A stretch of DNA of 64,000 nucleotides from an uncultured delta proteobacterium (lineage in GTDB: Bacteria > Desulfobacterota > Binatia > UBA9968): NCBI GenBank assembly GCA_963737905.1, contig CAVTUQ010000004.1, positions 28,206 to 92,205 of the forward strand. The letters are read 5' to 3'. The notes under the pieces are model-generated. The model saw only the letters and a program-made list of their open reading frames with translations, ran no database searches and was not told the DNA's origin. Below are positions 36,982 through 46,253 of this stretch, piece after piece (position 1 is the first letter of the stretch; the number at the start of each line of letters is the position of its first letter). The position numbers were made by a program, and so were the translations under genes.

Positions 36982-37881
36982 ATGGAATACCGCAAGCTTG
37001 GCAAAACAGATATGAACGTCAGCGTTCTCGGTTTTGGCGGTTGGGAAATCGGCTATCAGCGAATTTCCCTCACCACCGTCAAGAAATTGCTGAACGAGGC
37101 TCTCGACGCCGGTATTAACGTTATCGACACGGCCGAATGTTACGCTATCAGCGAGGAGCTGATCGGTGAAGCCGTCGGAAAACGGCGCAAAGATTGTTAT
37201 CTCCTGACGAAATGCGGGCACGAGAGCGGCTGGAGCTATCCGGATTGGCGTCCCGAGTCGCTACTCAGAAGCATCCAGCGGAGCCTCAAACGCTTAAAAA
37301 CAGATTATGTGGATCTCATCCAGCTTCACAGCTGCTCGGAAGCCGAACTTCGCAAAGGAACCGTCATCGACGCGCTAAAGCGCGCCCGTGAGCATGGCTA
37401 TACGCGCTACATTGGCTACAGCGGTGACGGTCAAGCTGCGCTCTGCGCCGTCGAATGTGAAGAGTTCGACACCTTGCAAACATCCATCAACATCGCCGAT
37501 CAAGAAGCGCTCGACCTCCTTCTCCCGCTGGCGGGAAAGCACAATATCGGTGTTATCGCCAAACGCCCTGTCGCTAACGTTGCTTGGCGGAACGGTGATC
37601 GTCCGCCCACCGACACCTATGGCCGGCCCTACTGGGAAAGGTTGCAAAAGTTGAAATATGAATCGCTGCGGGGTGGTTTGAAACAGACGGTTGGCAATGC
37701 GCTTCGTTTTACCTTGAGTGCACCGGGCATTCATACAGCGATCGTCGGAACAACTAAACCGGGAAGATTCACGGAAAACGGTGCGGCCGTTGCCGCGGGA
37801 CCTTTGTCCAAAGAAATGTTTGAGGGTATTCGCGCCCGCTGGCGCGAGGTTGCACAGCCGACCTGGGTCGGACAAACTTGA
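36982..37881 (+). CDS. aldo/keto reductase
   Basis: 299 aa. GFGGWEIG, INVIDTAECY and YVDLIQLH motifs. Confidence 0.85.
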   Translation: MEYRKLGKTDMNVSVLGFGGWEIGYQRISLTTVKKLLNEALDAGINVIDTAECYAISEELIGEAVGKRRKDCYLLTKCGHESGWSYPDWRPESLLRSIQRSLKRLKTDYVDLIQLHSCSEAELRKGTVIDALKRAREHGYTRYIGYSGDGQAALCAVECEEFDTLQTSINIADQEALDLLLPLAGKHNIGVIAKRPVANVAWRNGDRPPTDTYGRPYWERLQKLKYESLRGGLKQTVGNALRFTLSAPGIHTAIVGTTKPGRFTENGAAVAAGPLSKEMFEGIRARWREVAQPTWVGQT

Positions 37882-38144
37882 ATTTGACCATGCGTATTGG
37901 AGATTTCGGTGGCGGTCAGAATTAACGATCGACCGCCGGTTAATCCCGGGACCCTGTAGCCCGCCAATTCTACCCACCAATCGCAAGCGATGCGGCTTTA
38001 GCTGCCACTGAGTGACATGACAATAACCCGGATGTCAGCGCTGACACGCCGGGCTGAAAAGTTGCCAGGATGATTGGGCAGCCTTCAGCGCAATTAGGAA
38101 GAACCACCGACGTTTTGACCCACAGTGGAATTGTCGAGCCCCGG

Positions 38145-38160
38145 TGGCATGTCACTTGCT
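38145..38160 (+). promoter_or_regulatory. sigma-54 (-24/-12) promoter candidate TGGCATGTCACTTGCT
   Basis: GG and GC have exact consensus spacing (TGGCAC-N5-TTGC). Lies 40 bp upstream of ATG 38200, with GGGAGG RBS in between. Confidence 0.5.
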
Positions 38161-38199
38161 CCACCACGTTTTCAGTTAAGCATTGGGAGGGGCAAAAAC

Positions 38200-38409
38200 A
38201 TGGAAACGAGTTTGAAGGACAATTCCAAAACGATTCTAATCGAGAATAAAAACTTGCCGGCCGCGGAGTGCGAAAAATGTGGAGCAAAAATATATCCCCG
38301 CTCACTTCTTCAACCACATCTCACGCGCCATCAGCGCAGACAACGCTGGTTCATCAGAGAACTAAGAAAACTTCAGTACACCATGGCGCATATGCGAGAC
38401 ATCGCGTAG
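38200..38409 (+). CDS. 69-aa protein with a single classical C2H2 zinc-finger pattern
   Basis: CEKCGAKIYPRSLLQPHLTRH fits C-x2-C-x3-hydrophobic-x5-L-x2-H-x3-H. Basic C-terminus. The ORF is AT-richer than its neighbours. Confidence 0.4.
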   Translation: METSLKDNSKTILIENKNLPAAECEKCGAKIYPRSLLQPHLTRHQRRQRWFIRELRKLQYTMAHMRDIA

Positions 38410-38553
38410 CTATCCCGCACCCGCGTCACCTTACTAGTCTCGCATCTTCGTTCAGCACCATTCCACAAGCGCTTCGCCCCTCTTAGTTTCAACGCAAATA
38501 CCCCCGGATTCACGTCCGGACATGTGTAAGAGTTTTCTCGTTCAATCTAATCG

Positions 38554-39003
38554 TCACTCGAAAAACGCGCCTTCGATCAGAACCGGTTTCGCGGCTCCTT
38601 GCTCGTGAGCTCTCCCGGGGACCGGCGTGCCATCGGGGTTGAGTCGCATGTCCGACTTGTCCAGCCCAGCGCCTATGCGAGCCATGACGAGGGGAGTATC
38701 GCCCGAGTTGCAGAATTGATAGTAGCAACCTGCCGGTAGTACAACGGCTTGGTGCTTGCTCGCTTTCAAGATCGTCTTACCGTCTCTGCTGGTGTTAAAT
38801 TGTGCGGTTCCCTCTAAAACCAGGAAGATGTGATCCTCTTTGGTGTGAGAGTGCAGCGCGTTTTCCCCAATACCCGGAGAATAACAATGGATCCGCAAAG
38901 TCATCAGATCGGTTTCCGCCAGCAGGTGTCGGGTGTGTCCCTCTTTCACGAGTTGCGTTCTTAACTGGACTACCTTAGCTTCAACATTCTTGTTATCCAT
39001 CAA
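38554..39003 (-). CDS. cupin-domain protein
   Basis: 149 aa. GENALHSHTKEDHIFLVLEG and LPAGCYYQF are cupin motifs 1 and 2. Confidence 0.7.
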   Translation of the reverse strand: MMDNKNVEAKVVQLRTQLVKEGHTRHLLAETDLMTLRIHCYSPGIGENALHSHTKEDHIFLVLEGTAQFNTSRDGKTILKASKHQAVVLPAGCYYQFCNSGDTPLVMARIGAGLDKSDMRLNPDGTPVPGRAHEQGAAKPVLIEGAFFE

Positions 39004-39033
39004 TGACCCTCCTTTTTTTTCGTTTCCCGAGCG

Positions 39034-39062
39034 CCGATTCTAGGATAATCGGCTCCCGATTA
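39034..39062. promoter_or_regulatory. candidate operator: CCGATT / AATCGG half-sites (TAATCGG-CTC-CCGATTA)
   Basis: CCGATT 39034-39039. Perfect 7-bp inverted repeat 39046-39062. Lies 31-60 bp upstream of the cupin start. Confidence 0.3.
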
Positions 39063-39206
39063 GCAAGACAGAGACTGACCTAGTGAAAGGATCCTTAACC
39101 AGATGACCTAACACCTGACTTTCAGGCGTTTGCGTTCAAGGTACTTGCAAACACGAAGCCTGTGAGTTTATTTGGTGGCTCCCACTCCTAATGATCCGAG
39201 CCATGC

Positions 39207-40067
39207 ATGCGGCCTGAAATCGTCGCGATCTTTTCCGCTATGGGTTGGGCGGGAGATTCCGTCCTGGTTCGCCTGGGCTTGCGACAGTCGAATATCTTCG
39301 CGGCTATGCTGGTAAGTTACGCCGTCTCCGTCACTTGCATCTGGACTTATCTTCTTGCTACGACCCCGCTCGATTTCCTCCAGTCCCCGGCGATGGTGTA
39401 TTTTTTGGTCAGCGGCTGCCTTCAACCACTCTTCGCGCGCGCTCTCTACTACGAAGCCTTGATTCGGATGGGGGTTTCACGCGCCGGCCCCCTGCGCGGC
39501 GCCGAGCCTCTGTTTGCCGTGGCCATCGCTGTCACTGTTCTGCATGAGCAACCGACCCCTCCTGTGTATGTCGGCACCCTTCTGATTGTGGGAAGCATTT
39601 GGGCCATCTCTTCCGGCCATAGGGGAACCATCAACTGGCGGTTGCTTGATATTTTTCTTCCTTTGGGTGCGGGGCTTGTTTCCGCCATTTCCCAGAGCCT
39701 GCGCAAACAAGGGCTCAATATCCTCCCCGACCCGTTCGTGGCCGCAGCCACGGTGACATCCGTGACCTTGACACTTCTTGTCATTTTCCTCTACGCCACA
39801 AAACGGACCCGACAGCTGCGCATGAAACGCGAAAATTTTCTGTTTTTTTTCAGCGCGGCGCTGGTCGCGCTATCGGCTCAAATTGCAAACTTCATCGCCC
39901 TCAGCCGAGCCGACGTTTCAGTTATCATCCCACTTCTCAACACCACCCCGCTCTTCGCCGTGCTTTTTAGCTCTCTATTTCTTAGAAGTCTGGAAACCAT
40001 CAGCCCGCGGACTCTCTTAGGAGCCATCCTCATGGTCGCCGGAGTCATGATAATTACGAGTCGATAA
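39207..40067 (+). CDS. EamA/DMT-family transporter
   Basis: 286 aa, about 10 hydrophobic segments, duplicated EamA-like halves. Confidence 0.7.
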   Translation: MRPEIVAIFSAMGWAGDSVLVRLGLRQSNIFAAMLVSYAVSVTCIWTYLLATTPLDFLQSPAMVYFLVSGCLQPLFARALYYEALIRMGVSRAGPLRGAEPLFAVAIAVTVLHEQPTPPVYVGTLLIVGSIWAISSGHRGTINWRLLDIFLPLGAGLVSAISQSLRKQGLNILPDPFVAAATVTSVTLTLLVIFLYATKRTRQLRMKRENFLFFFSAALVALSAQIANFIALSRADVSVIIPLLNTTPLFAVLFSSLFLRSLETISPRTLLGAILMVAGVMIITSR

Positions 40068-40286
40068 GTTAAATGCGCGCTCCACAACTTCGTTCCGGTG
40101 CTTCAATGAAGGAAATTTGATAAGACATAGCAGTCTATAGCGGTTATGCGTCGAGGTGTTTGTCCTATTTCTCAAAAACTTTTTGCGCTTGACATAGGCA
40201 TGCCGGTCTCGGATATTTATTACGACTACCCTGTGGAATAGCCGCTCTCTTTCGCTTCTTCTCAGCAGCGGCGGATAGTTATTTTC

Positions 40287-42239
40287 ATGGCCGATAATCA
40301 CGACATAGCGCGTCCCCTAGGCGGACTCGACGAAGGGGCTGCGCTCCGGAGTATCCTCGAGGGAACGGCGAACGAGACGGGCGAGCGCTTCTTTGCAGCC
40401 CTAGTTGAAAACCTTGCACGGGCGCTGAAAACCCATGGAGCGTGGGTCACTGAATATATCCAAGAATGTCGCCGGCTGCGGGCCCTAGCCTTCTGGATGG
40501 ACGGGCAGTGGATTCAAAATTATGAGATCGACATCGCCGGAACACCCTGCGAGCAAGTCATCGACACCGGCACCTTTGTCCATTTTCCTGATAATCTCTT
40601 GGAATTGTACCCGGACGATCAGGACGCAAAAGACATCGGTGCTGTCAGTTACATGGGAATGCCGTTGAAGGATACCGACGGCAGAATTCTTGGGCACCTG
40701 GCGGTAATCGATCGCCGTCCACTTCCAGAAGAGCCGCGAGTCCTGGCGCTTTTCAACATTTTCGCGGCTCGAGCGACTGCGGAAATGCGCAGACTGCGCG
40801 CCGAGAAACAAGTTCGCGAGCGCGAAGAAAAACTACGCGGGCTGTTCGACAGTGCTATGGACGCCGTCATCGAATTCGATCAGAACTTGAAGGTGACCCG
40901 GATGAATCCCGCCGCAGAGCAAGCCTTCCATTGCGCCGCCCAACAGGTGATCGGTGAAGATTTCACCAGTCTCGTCTCGAAACAGGGCCAAAAAAAGCTC
41001 AGGAGCCTAATTCAGGAACTTGGCGCCGGCACTCCGGGACGCCGGTCCTTATGGATTCCGGGGGGGCTTCAAGCCTTGCCGGTCGGCGGAGAGGAATTTC
41101 CAGCCGAAGCGACTTTGTCGCGCTTTGAGATTGAGCGGCAGAGCTTCTACTCCGTTATCCTGAGGAACATCAATGACAAACTCGAAGCCGACCGCAAAAT
41201 TCATTCGCTCACGGCAGAAGCGGCGTATCTGCGAGAAGAGATTAAGAGCATCTACCGGTTCGACCAGACCCTAGGCCAGAGCCAAGCCTTGAAGCGTGTT
41301 TTGGAAGACGTCGAGCAGGTGGCGGTCACGGACACGACGGTTCTGATTCTTGGCGAGACCGGCACGGGCAAAGAACTGATTGCCCGAGGGATTCATGGGG
41401 CGAGTCGACGGTCCGACAAGCCGCTCATCACGATCAACTGTGCCGCCATCCCAGCGGCGCTTATGGAGAGCGAATTTTTTGGACATGAAAAGGGCGCCTT
41501 TACCGGGGCGACTCAAAAACGGGAGGGACGTTTTGAGCTAGCGGATCGTGGAACGATTTTTCTCGACGAGATCGGCGAACTGTCCCTCGACTTGCAGGCT
41601 AAAATCCTGCGCGTATTGCAGGAGGGAGAGTTTGCGCCCGTCGGCAGTTCCCAAACGAAAAAAGTTGACGTTCGGGTGATCGCCGCGACGAACCGCGATC
41701 TCAACCAAGCCGTGAGAGACGGGGGCTTCAGAGAAGACCTCTACTATCGATTGAACGTTTTTCCCATCGAAGTACCGCCTTTGAGAGACCGCGATGATGA
41801 TATTATCCTGCTCGCGTCCGCCTTTGCAGCCAAATTCGCCCAACGCATGGGGCGCAGGATTGAACCGTTGTCTGCGGAGTCTGAGTCACGGCTCAGGGCC
41901 TACGCGTGGCCGGGAAACGTGCGCGAGTTGCAGAACGTCATTGAGCGCGCGGTCATTACCTCTCGGGATGGCCATCTCAATCTCGACCGTGCTCTGCCGG
42001 ATGCCGGCGGTCAGACAATTCCTGGAAGGCGGCCGGCAGAAGAGACAACACCGGTAGCTTCAAACCGCATTCTTCGAATTCGCGACCTGCAACAACTCGA
42101 GCGCGAGAATATCCTGCGTGCTCTGGAATCCACAGCGTGGCGCGTCGCCGGAAAGGACGGCGCCGCCGATCTGCTCGGCATGAATCCTTCGACGCTCAAC
42201 TCCCGCATCAGGGCGCTAGGCATCCGGCGACCACAGTAA
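40287..42239 (+). CDS. sigma-54-dependent transcriptional activator (GAF-PAS-AAA+-HTH)
   Basis: 650 aa. GETGTGKE Walker A, GAFTGA sigma-54 contact loop, ELQNVIERA, and a C-terminal Fis-type HTH. Confidence 0.9.
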   Translation: MADNHDIARPLGGLDEGAALRSILEGTANETGERFFAALVENLARALKTHGAWVTEYIQECRRLRALAFWMDGQWIQNYEIDIAGTPCEQVIDTGTFVHFPDNLLELYPDDQDAKDIGAVSYMGMPLKDTDGRILGHLAVIDRRPLPEEPRVLALFNIFAARATAEMRRLRAEKQVREREEKLRGLFDSAMDAVIEFDQNLKVTRMNPAAEQAFHCAAQQVIGEDFTSLVSKQGQKKLRSLIQELGAGTPGRRSLWIPGGLQALPVGGEEFPAEATLSRFEIERQSFYSVILRNINDKLEADRKIHSLTAEAAYLREEIKSIYRFDQTLGQSQALKRVLEDVEQVAVTDTTVLILGETGTGKELIARGIHGASRRSDKPLITINCAAIPAALMESEFFGHEKGAFTGATQKREGRFELADRGTIFLDEIGELSLDLQAKILRVLQEGEFAPVGSSQTKKVDVRVIAATNRDLNQAVRDGGFREDLYYRLNVFPIEVPPLRDRDDDIILLASAFAAKFAQRMGRRIEPLSAESESRLRAYAWPGNVRELQNVIERAVITSRDGHLNLDRALPDAGGQTIPGRRPAEETTPVASNRILRIRDLQQLERENILRALESTAWRVAGKDGAADLLGMNPSTLNSRIRALGIRRPQ

Positions 42240-42254
42240 ATCTAACTATCGGAT

Positions 42255-42292
42255 GTGAGATCTCACGACCCATCGTGACGAGATCTCGTCAC
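42255..42292. promoter_or_regulatory. candidate enhancer (UAS): palindromes GTGAGATCTCAC and GTGACGAGATCTCGTCAC
   Basis: Perfect 12-bp (42255-42266) and 18-bp (42275-42292) palindromes sharing a GAGATCTC core, 85-120 bp upstream of the -24/-12 element. Confidence 0.45.
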
Positions 42293-42376
42293 TAGCGAGA
42301 TTTCATAATTGCTTTAACAACGCTCTCACCTCCCTAACTCATTGGTTTTCTGAAAGAAACCCGGCTTTCGATGACC

Positions 42377-42392
42377 TGGCATGCTAGCTGCT
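42377..42392 (+). promoter_or_regulatory. sigma-54 (-24/-12) promoter candidate TGGCATGCTAGCTGCT
   Basis: GG/GC spacing matches consensus exactly. Lies 47 bp upstream of ATG 42439, directly downstream of the activator gene. Confidence 0.6.
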
Positions 42393-42438
42393 CTATTGTG
42401 TTTCCATCAACTTCACTCAACCAAGGGAGGAAAGGAAA

Positions 42439-43350
42439 ATGCAACACAATTATTCATACCAATCGGCGCTCGAAGTCTCGGACCGAATCGGCTGGAAAGT
42501 GGACGATATCATCGGCGGCGACAAGCGGCTCGACTTCACCAAACCGTTCATGCCGGAATCGCTGGCTCAGGTGCAGCGGCTTTCCTTTCTCACCCCTGAC
42601 GAACAGCTGACTCTAAACCAGATTCGCGGGCATGAGTATCTTGCCATGTTCGGTCTCGTCGAGGAGTTCATACTCCCCTACGTGGTGGACCATGCGCGGT
42701 CGCAACTCTCCGGAGACGACTACCGGGTGCGGGCCTTGCTCCAGTTCGCCGGTGAAGAGGCAAAGCATATCCATCTTTTCAAGCGCTTCCGGCAGGAGTT
42801 CGAGAACGGGTTCGGCAGCAAATGCGACTTCATCGGTCCCGCCGAGGACGTGAGCCGGTTTGTCCTTTCCCATAGTCCTTTGGGAGTCGGAATTGCGATT
42901 CTACACATCGAGTGGATGACTCTCAGGCACTACATCGAGGGCGTCAGGGATAATCAGGATCTCGACCCCCAGTTCAAGAGCCTGCTCAAGAACCACTGGC
43001 TGGAGGAATCCCAACACACGAAGCTCGACACATTGATCCTGGAATCGGTGGTAAAGGAATCGACCCCCCAAGAGATCGACCAGGCTTTCAAGGAATACGG
43101 CGAGATTGGTGCCTTTCTCGACCAGGGGATCCAGCAGCAAGCGGAGTTAAATGTGGAAAGTTTCGTTCAAGCGAGCGGAAGAAACCTCTCCAAGAGCGAG
43201 CGCGAAGAGATGAACAACGCCGTTATCAAGGGCATGCGCTGGACCTATCTTGGAACCGGCATGACGCATCCAAACTTTCTCGCCACCGTCGAGGAGATTA
43301 AGCCTGAAGCGAGAAAACAGATAGAGGAAATGGCGCCAGTGTTTTGTTGA
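42439..43350 (+). CDS. ferritin-like di-metal carboxylate protein (R2lox / AurF-like oxygenase superfamily)
   Basis: 303 aa. ExxH motifs GEEAKHIHLF and LEESQHTK plus VEEF and HIEWMTLRH. QFAGEEAKH resembles R2-like ligand-binding oxidases as recalled. Confidence 0.55.
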   Translation: MQHNYSYQSALEVSDRIGWKVDDIIGGDKRLDFTKPFMPESLAQVQRLSFLTPDEQLTLNQIRGHEYLAMFGLVEEFILPYVVDHARSQLSGDDYRVRALLQFAGEEAKHIHLFKRFRQEFENGFGSKCDFIGPAEDVSRFVLSHSPLGVGIAILHIEWMTLRHYIEGVRDNQDLDPQFKSLLKNHWLEESQHTKLDTLILESVVKESTPQEIDQAFKEYGEIGAFLDQGIQQQAELNVESFVQASGRNLSKSEREEMNNAVIKGMRWTYLGTGMTHPNFLATVEEIKPEARKQIEEMAPVFC

Positions 43351-43385
43351 GCAAGAATGCAAAATGAAAAATGTAGGAGGAAGCT

Positions 43386-43763
43386 ATGTCAGTCGCAGAA
43401 ACAACAAAAGAAATGCCTTTGACGAAAGACATTCTAGACCACCACTTAAAGTGTTTTGGCGAGGGCGACCTCAAGGGTATTCTATCTGACTATGCCCCGG
43501 GTGCCGTCCTGTTCACGTCGGACGGACCCCTCAGGGGAGTCGACGCAATTAGGCCGTTGTTCCAGGCGATGATTGCGGAGTTTGGAAAGCCTGGCGCAGC
43601 GTTCAGCATGAAGCAGCAGTTTGTCGAGGGCGACTATGCCTATATTCTATGGGGCGCGGAGACTGCAGAAAACTTGTACGAGATAGGCACGGACACGTTC
43701 GTCGTGCGCGACGGCAAGATTGTGGCCCAGTCATTTACCGGCAGGATTACGCCCAAAGGCTGA
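43386..43763 (+). CDS. SnoaL-like / NTF2-fold protein
   Basis: 125 aa. Size and pattern (HHLKCFGEGDLKGILSDYAPGAV...FVVRDGKIV) are typical of the NTF2-like fold. Confidence 0.6.
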   Translation: MSVAETTKEMPLTKDILDHHLKCFGEGDLKGILSDYAPGAVLFTSDGPLRGVDAIRPLFQAMIAEFGKPGAAFSMKQQFVEGDYAYILWGAETAENLYEIGTDTFVVRDGKIVAQSFTGRITPKG

Positions 43764-43811
43764 AAACAAGTCTTTATTCCGGTGACAAAATTTAACGAGG
43801 AGGCGAGTATC

Positions 43812-45195
43812 ATGACAACGCAAACGTCGAAGGTGAAAGAAGAGCTCAAAGACAAGATCAAGGGGAACGTCCTGGTTCCCGAGGACAGCGGTTACAAGGA
43901 AGCTCGGCAGATATGGAACGCCATGATCGATCGGCGGCCTGCGGTTATCGTGCAGTGCGTACAGGCTGACGATGTTCCACCAGCAATCCAGTTTGCGCGA
44001 AAAAGCGGGCTTGAACTTTCAATTCGCGGTGCCGGACACAACATCGCAGGCAATGCCCTCTGCGACAACGGCGTTATGATCGATTTTTCAAGAATGAAAA
44101 GCGTTCGCGTAGATGCCGGGAAACGGCGCGCCTATGTCGAGCCTGGGGCGACCCTCGCGAATTTCGACGAAGCGGTACAGGCGCACGGCTTGGCGACGCC
44201 GGTGGGGATCAATTCCACGACAGGCATCGCCGGTTTAACGTTGGGCGGCGGCTTCGGGTGGCTGACTCGCAAATACGGCATGACGATCGACAATCTCGTC
44301 TCCGTCGACATGATCACGGCCGATGGCAAGAAATTGCGGGCAAGCCAAAGCGAAAATGCGGACCTTTTCTGGGCTATTCGCGGCGGCGGGGGAAATTTTG
44401 GCGTCGTCACCCAATTTGAATTCCAACTTTTCCCCGTGGGACCCGAAATCGTCGCCGGCTTGATCGTTTTTCCGTTCAACCAGGCAAAGCAGATACTGAC
44501 CAAGTATCGTCAATTTGTAAATTCAGCACCCGAGGAGCTCAACGTCTGGGTGGTGCTCCGCAAGGCGCCTCCGTTGCCTTTTCTTCCGGAAAACGTGCAC
44601 GGCAAGGAGGTCGTTGTGTTGCCGGTCTTTTACTGCGGGGCCGCAGCGGAAGCAGAGAAACTGATCGCTCCTCTGCGCGCTTTCGGTAATGCCCACGGCG
44701 AGCATATCGGCGCACAGCCCTATGTTGCGGTGGCAAAAGGCCTTTGACCCTTTGCTGACGCCGGGCGCGAGAAATTATTGGAAGTCGCATAACTTCACGG
44801 AGCTTGCTGACGGAGCGCTGAATTCCATTATCGAGTTCGCCGGGAAGCTGCCCTCCCCGCAGTGTGAGATTTTCATAGGGCTGATTGCCGGTGCGCCCAA
44901 CCGCGTCGCCCCTAACGCGATGGCCTATGGTCATAGGGACGCGAAATTCGTGTTGAACGTGCACGGACGATGGGACGAAGCGAAGGATGACCAGAAGTGC
45001 ATTGGGTGGTCACGCGAGTTTTTTAAAGCCAGCAAGCCCTACGCGTCAGCCGGCGCTTACGTAAATTTTATGACCGACGAGGAGGGCGACCGCGTCGCCG
45101 CGGCTTACGGATCCAACTATGATCGCCTGGTGGAAACCAAGAAACGCTACGATCCGGAAAATATTTTTCACTTGAATCAGAACATCAAACCTTGA
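43812..45195 (+). pseudogene. FAD-linked oxidase with BBE-like C-terminus, frameshifted
   Basis: FAD_binding_4 motifs (SIRGAGHNIAGNA, TTGIAGLTLGGGFGWL), then a frame change at about 44728-44731. Continues WQKAFDPLL...YVNFM...YDPENIFHLNQNIKP. Paralogue at 56825-58184. Confidence 0.75.
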
Positions 45196-45411
45196 AGCGG
45201 ATGTCGTTATGGAAGGTTTCTTACTCTTCGCCCTCATACTGTTCTATGTGGCTATTTCCTTTGGTCACTCATAGAGCGAACATTACAACGACCAAAGTCG
45301 TTTTGCTGGGCTATAAAGAAAGAAGACCATGACCAGACCAGTAATCAAAACCGTGACGCCATCAGCGGAAAAATTTAGGGGGATCCACATCCCTCATTCT
45401 TAAATGATGCC

Positions 45412-46248
45412 ATGGCAACAACGTGCCCGGTCGACTTCGATGTAGATAGATTGCGCCGGCTCGTGCGTGTGGAGTACGATCGGCTGGCGCGGGAACCCAG
45501 GGGAAACTTTCATTTTCATCGAGGACTGGAGTATGCTTGCCGCATACTCCGCTATGACCCTGAGGAGTTGGCAACAATCCCATCCGAATGCACCGCGTCC
45601 TTTGCCGGTGTCGGCAATCCGCACCGCATCGGTCCCATCGAACCGGGTGAAACAGTCCTTGATATCGGGTGCGGCGCCGGCATGGATCTTTTGCTGGTCG
45701 CGCGCCGCGCCGGCCCTTCGGGAAAAGCGATTGGAGTGGATATGACCCCCTCCATGCTCGAGCTGGCCAAGCGCGGCGCACTAAAGGCCGGCTTATGGGA
45801 GAACACTGAGGTTCGCCGCGGCACGGCCGAAGAGCTGCCGGTGGCGAGCGAGAGTGTCGATGTTGTTATCTCTAACGGCGTCCTCAATCTCTCACCGGAC
45901 AAAGATCGCGCCTTTCGCGAGATATACAGAGTGCTGCGTCCGGGAGGACGCTTGTATCTCGCCGATGTAGTGATTCAAAGAGAGCTTTCACTCGCAACGC
46001 GAAGCGATGTCGATCTTTGGGCAGCGTGAATTGGCGGCGCTCTGCCGGAGGTGGAGCTTTATGAAATCACCGCTGGCGTTGGTTTGACGGATGGGAAGAT
46101 CGTCGAGCGCTTCGATTGTTATGAAGGTACCTCTGCTAAAGCAAAGTTATCCAAAGACCTTCTCATTCACGGCGTGAATTTTCTCGCCCGCAAACCGTCG
46201 CGCTCAAGAGGGGCCAACGATCAGCAAACGTCGGACAGGCTAGGATAG
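45412..46248 (+). CDS. ArsM-like class I SAM-dependent methyltransferase with in-frame TGA (candidate selenocysteine at codon 206)
   Basis: VLDIGCGAGMD SAM motif. ORFs 45412-46029 and 46051-46248 share one frame, separated only by TGA 46027-46029 at the ArsM LW-x-G-C-x-x-G-A-L cysteine position. A hairpin at 46039-46057 follows. Confidence 0.55.
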
Positions 46249-46253
46249 TCGGG

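Noticed and set aside
45209-45274. 21-codon hydrophobic ORF (MEGFLLFALILFYVAISFGHS) in the spacer before the methyltransferase gene
   Set aside because: It has no Shine-Dalgarno sequence and is too short to evaluate from sequence alone. It is kept only as a note.
46027-46029. Genome-wide TGA reassignment (code 4 or 25) as the explanation for the in-frame TGA
   Set aside because: Many confidently delimited genes in the window end at TGA at the position expected from homologue length (for example 3345-3347, 10580-10582, 29064-29066). TGA is therefore a normal stop in this genome.
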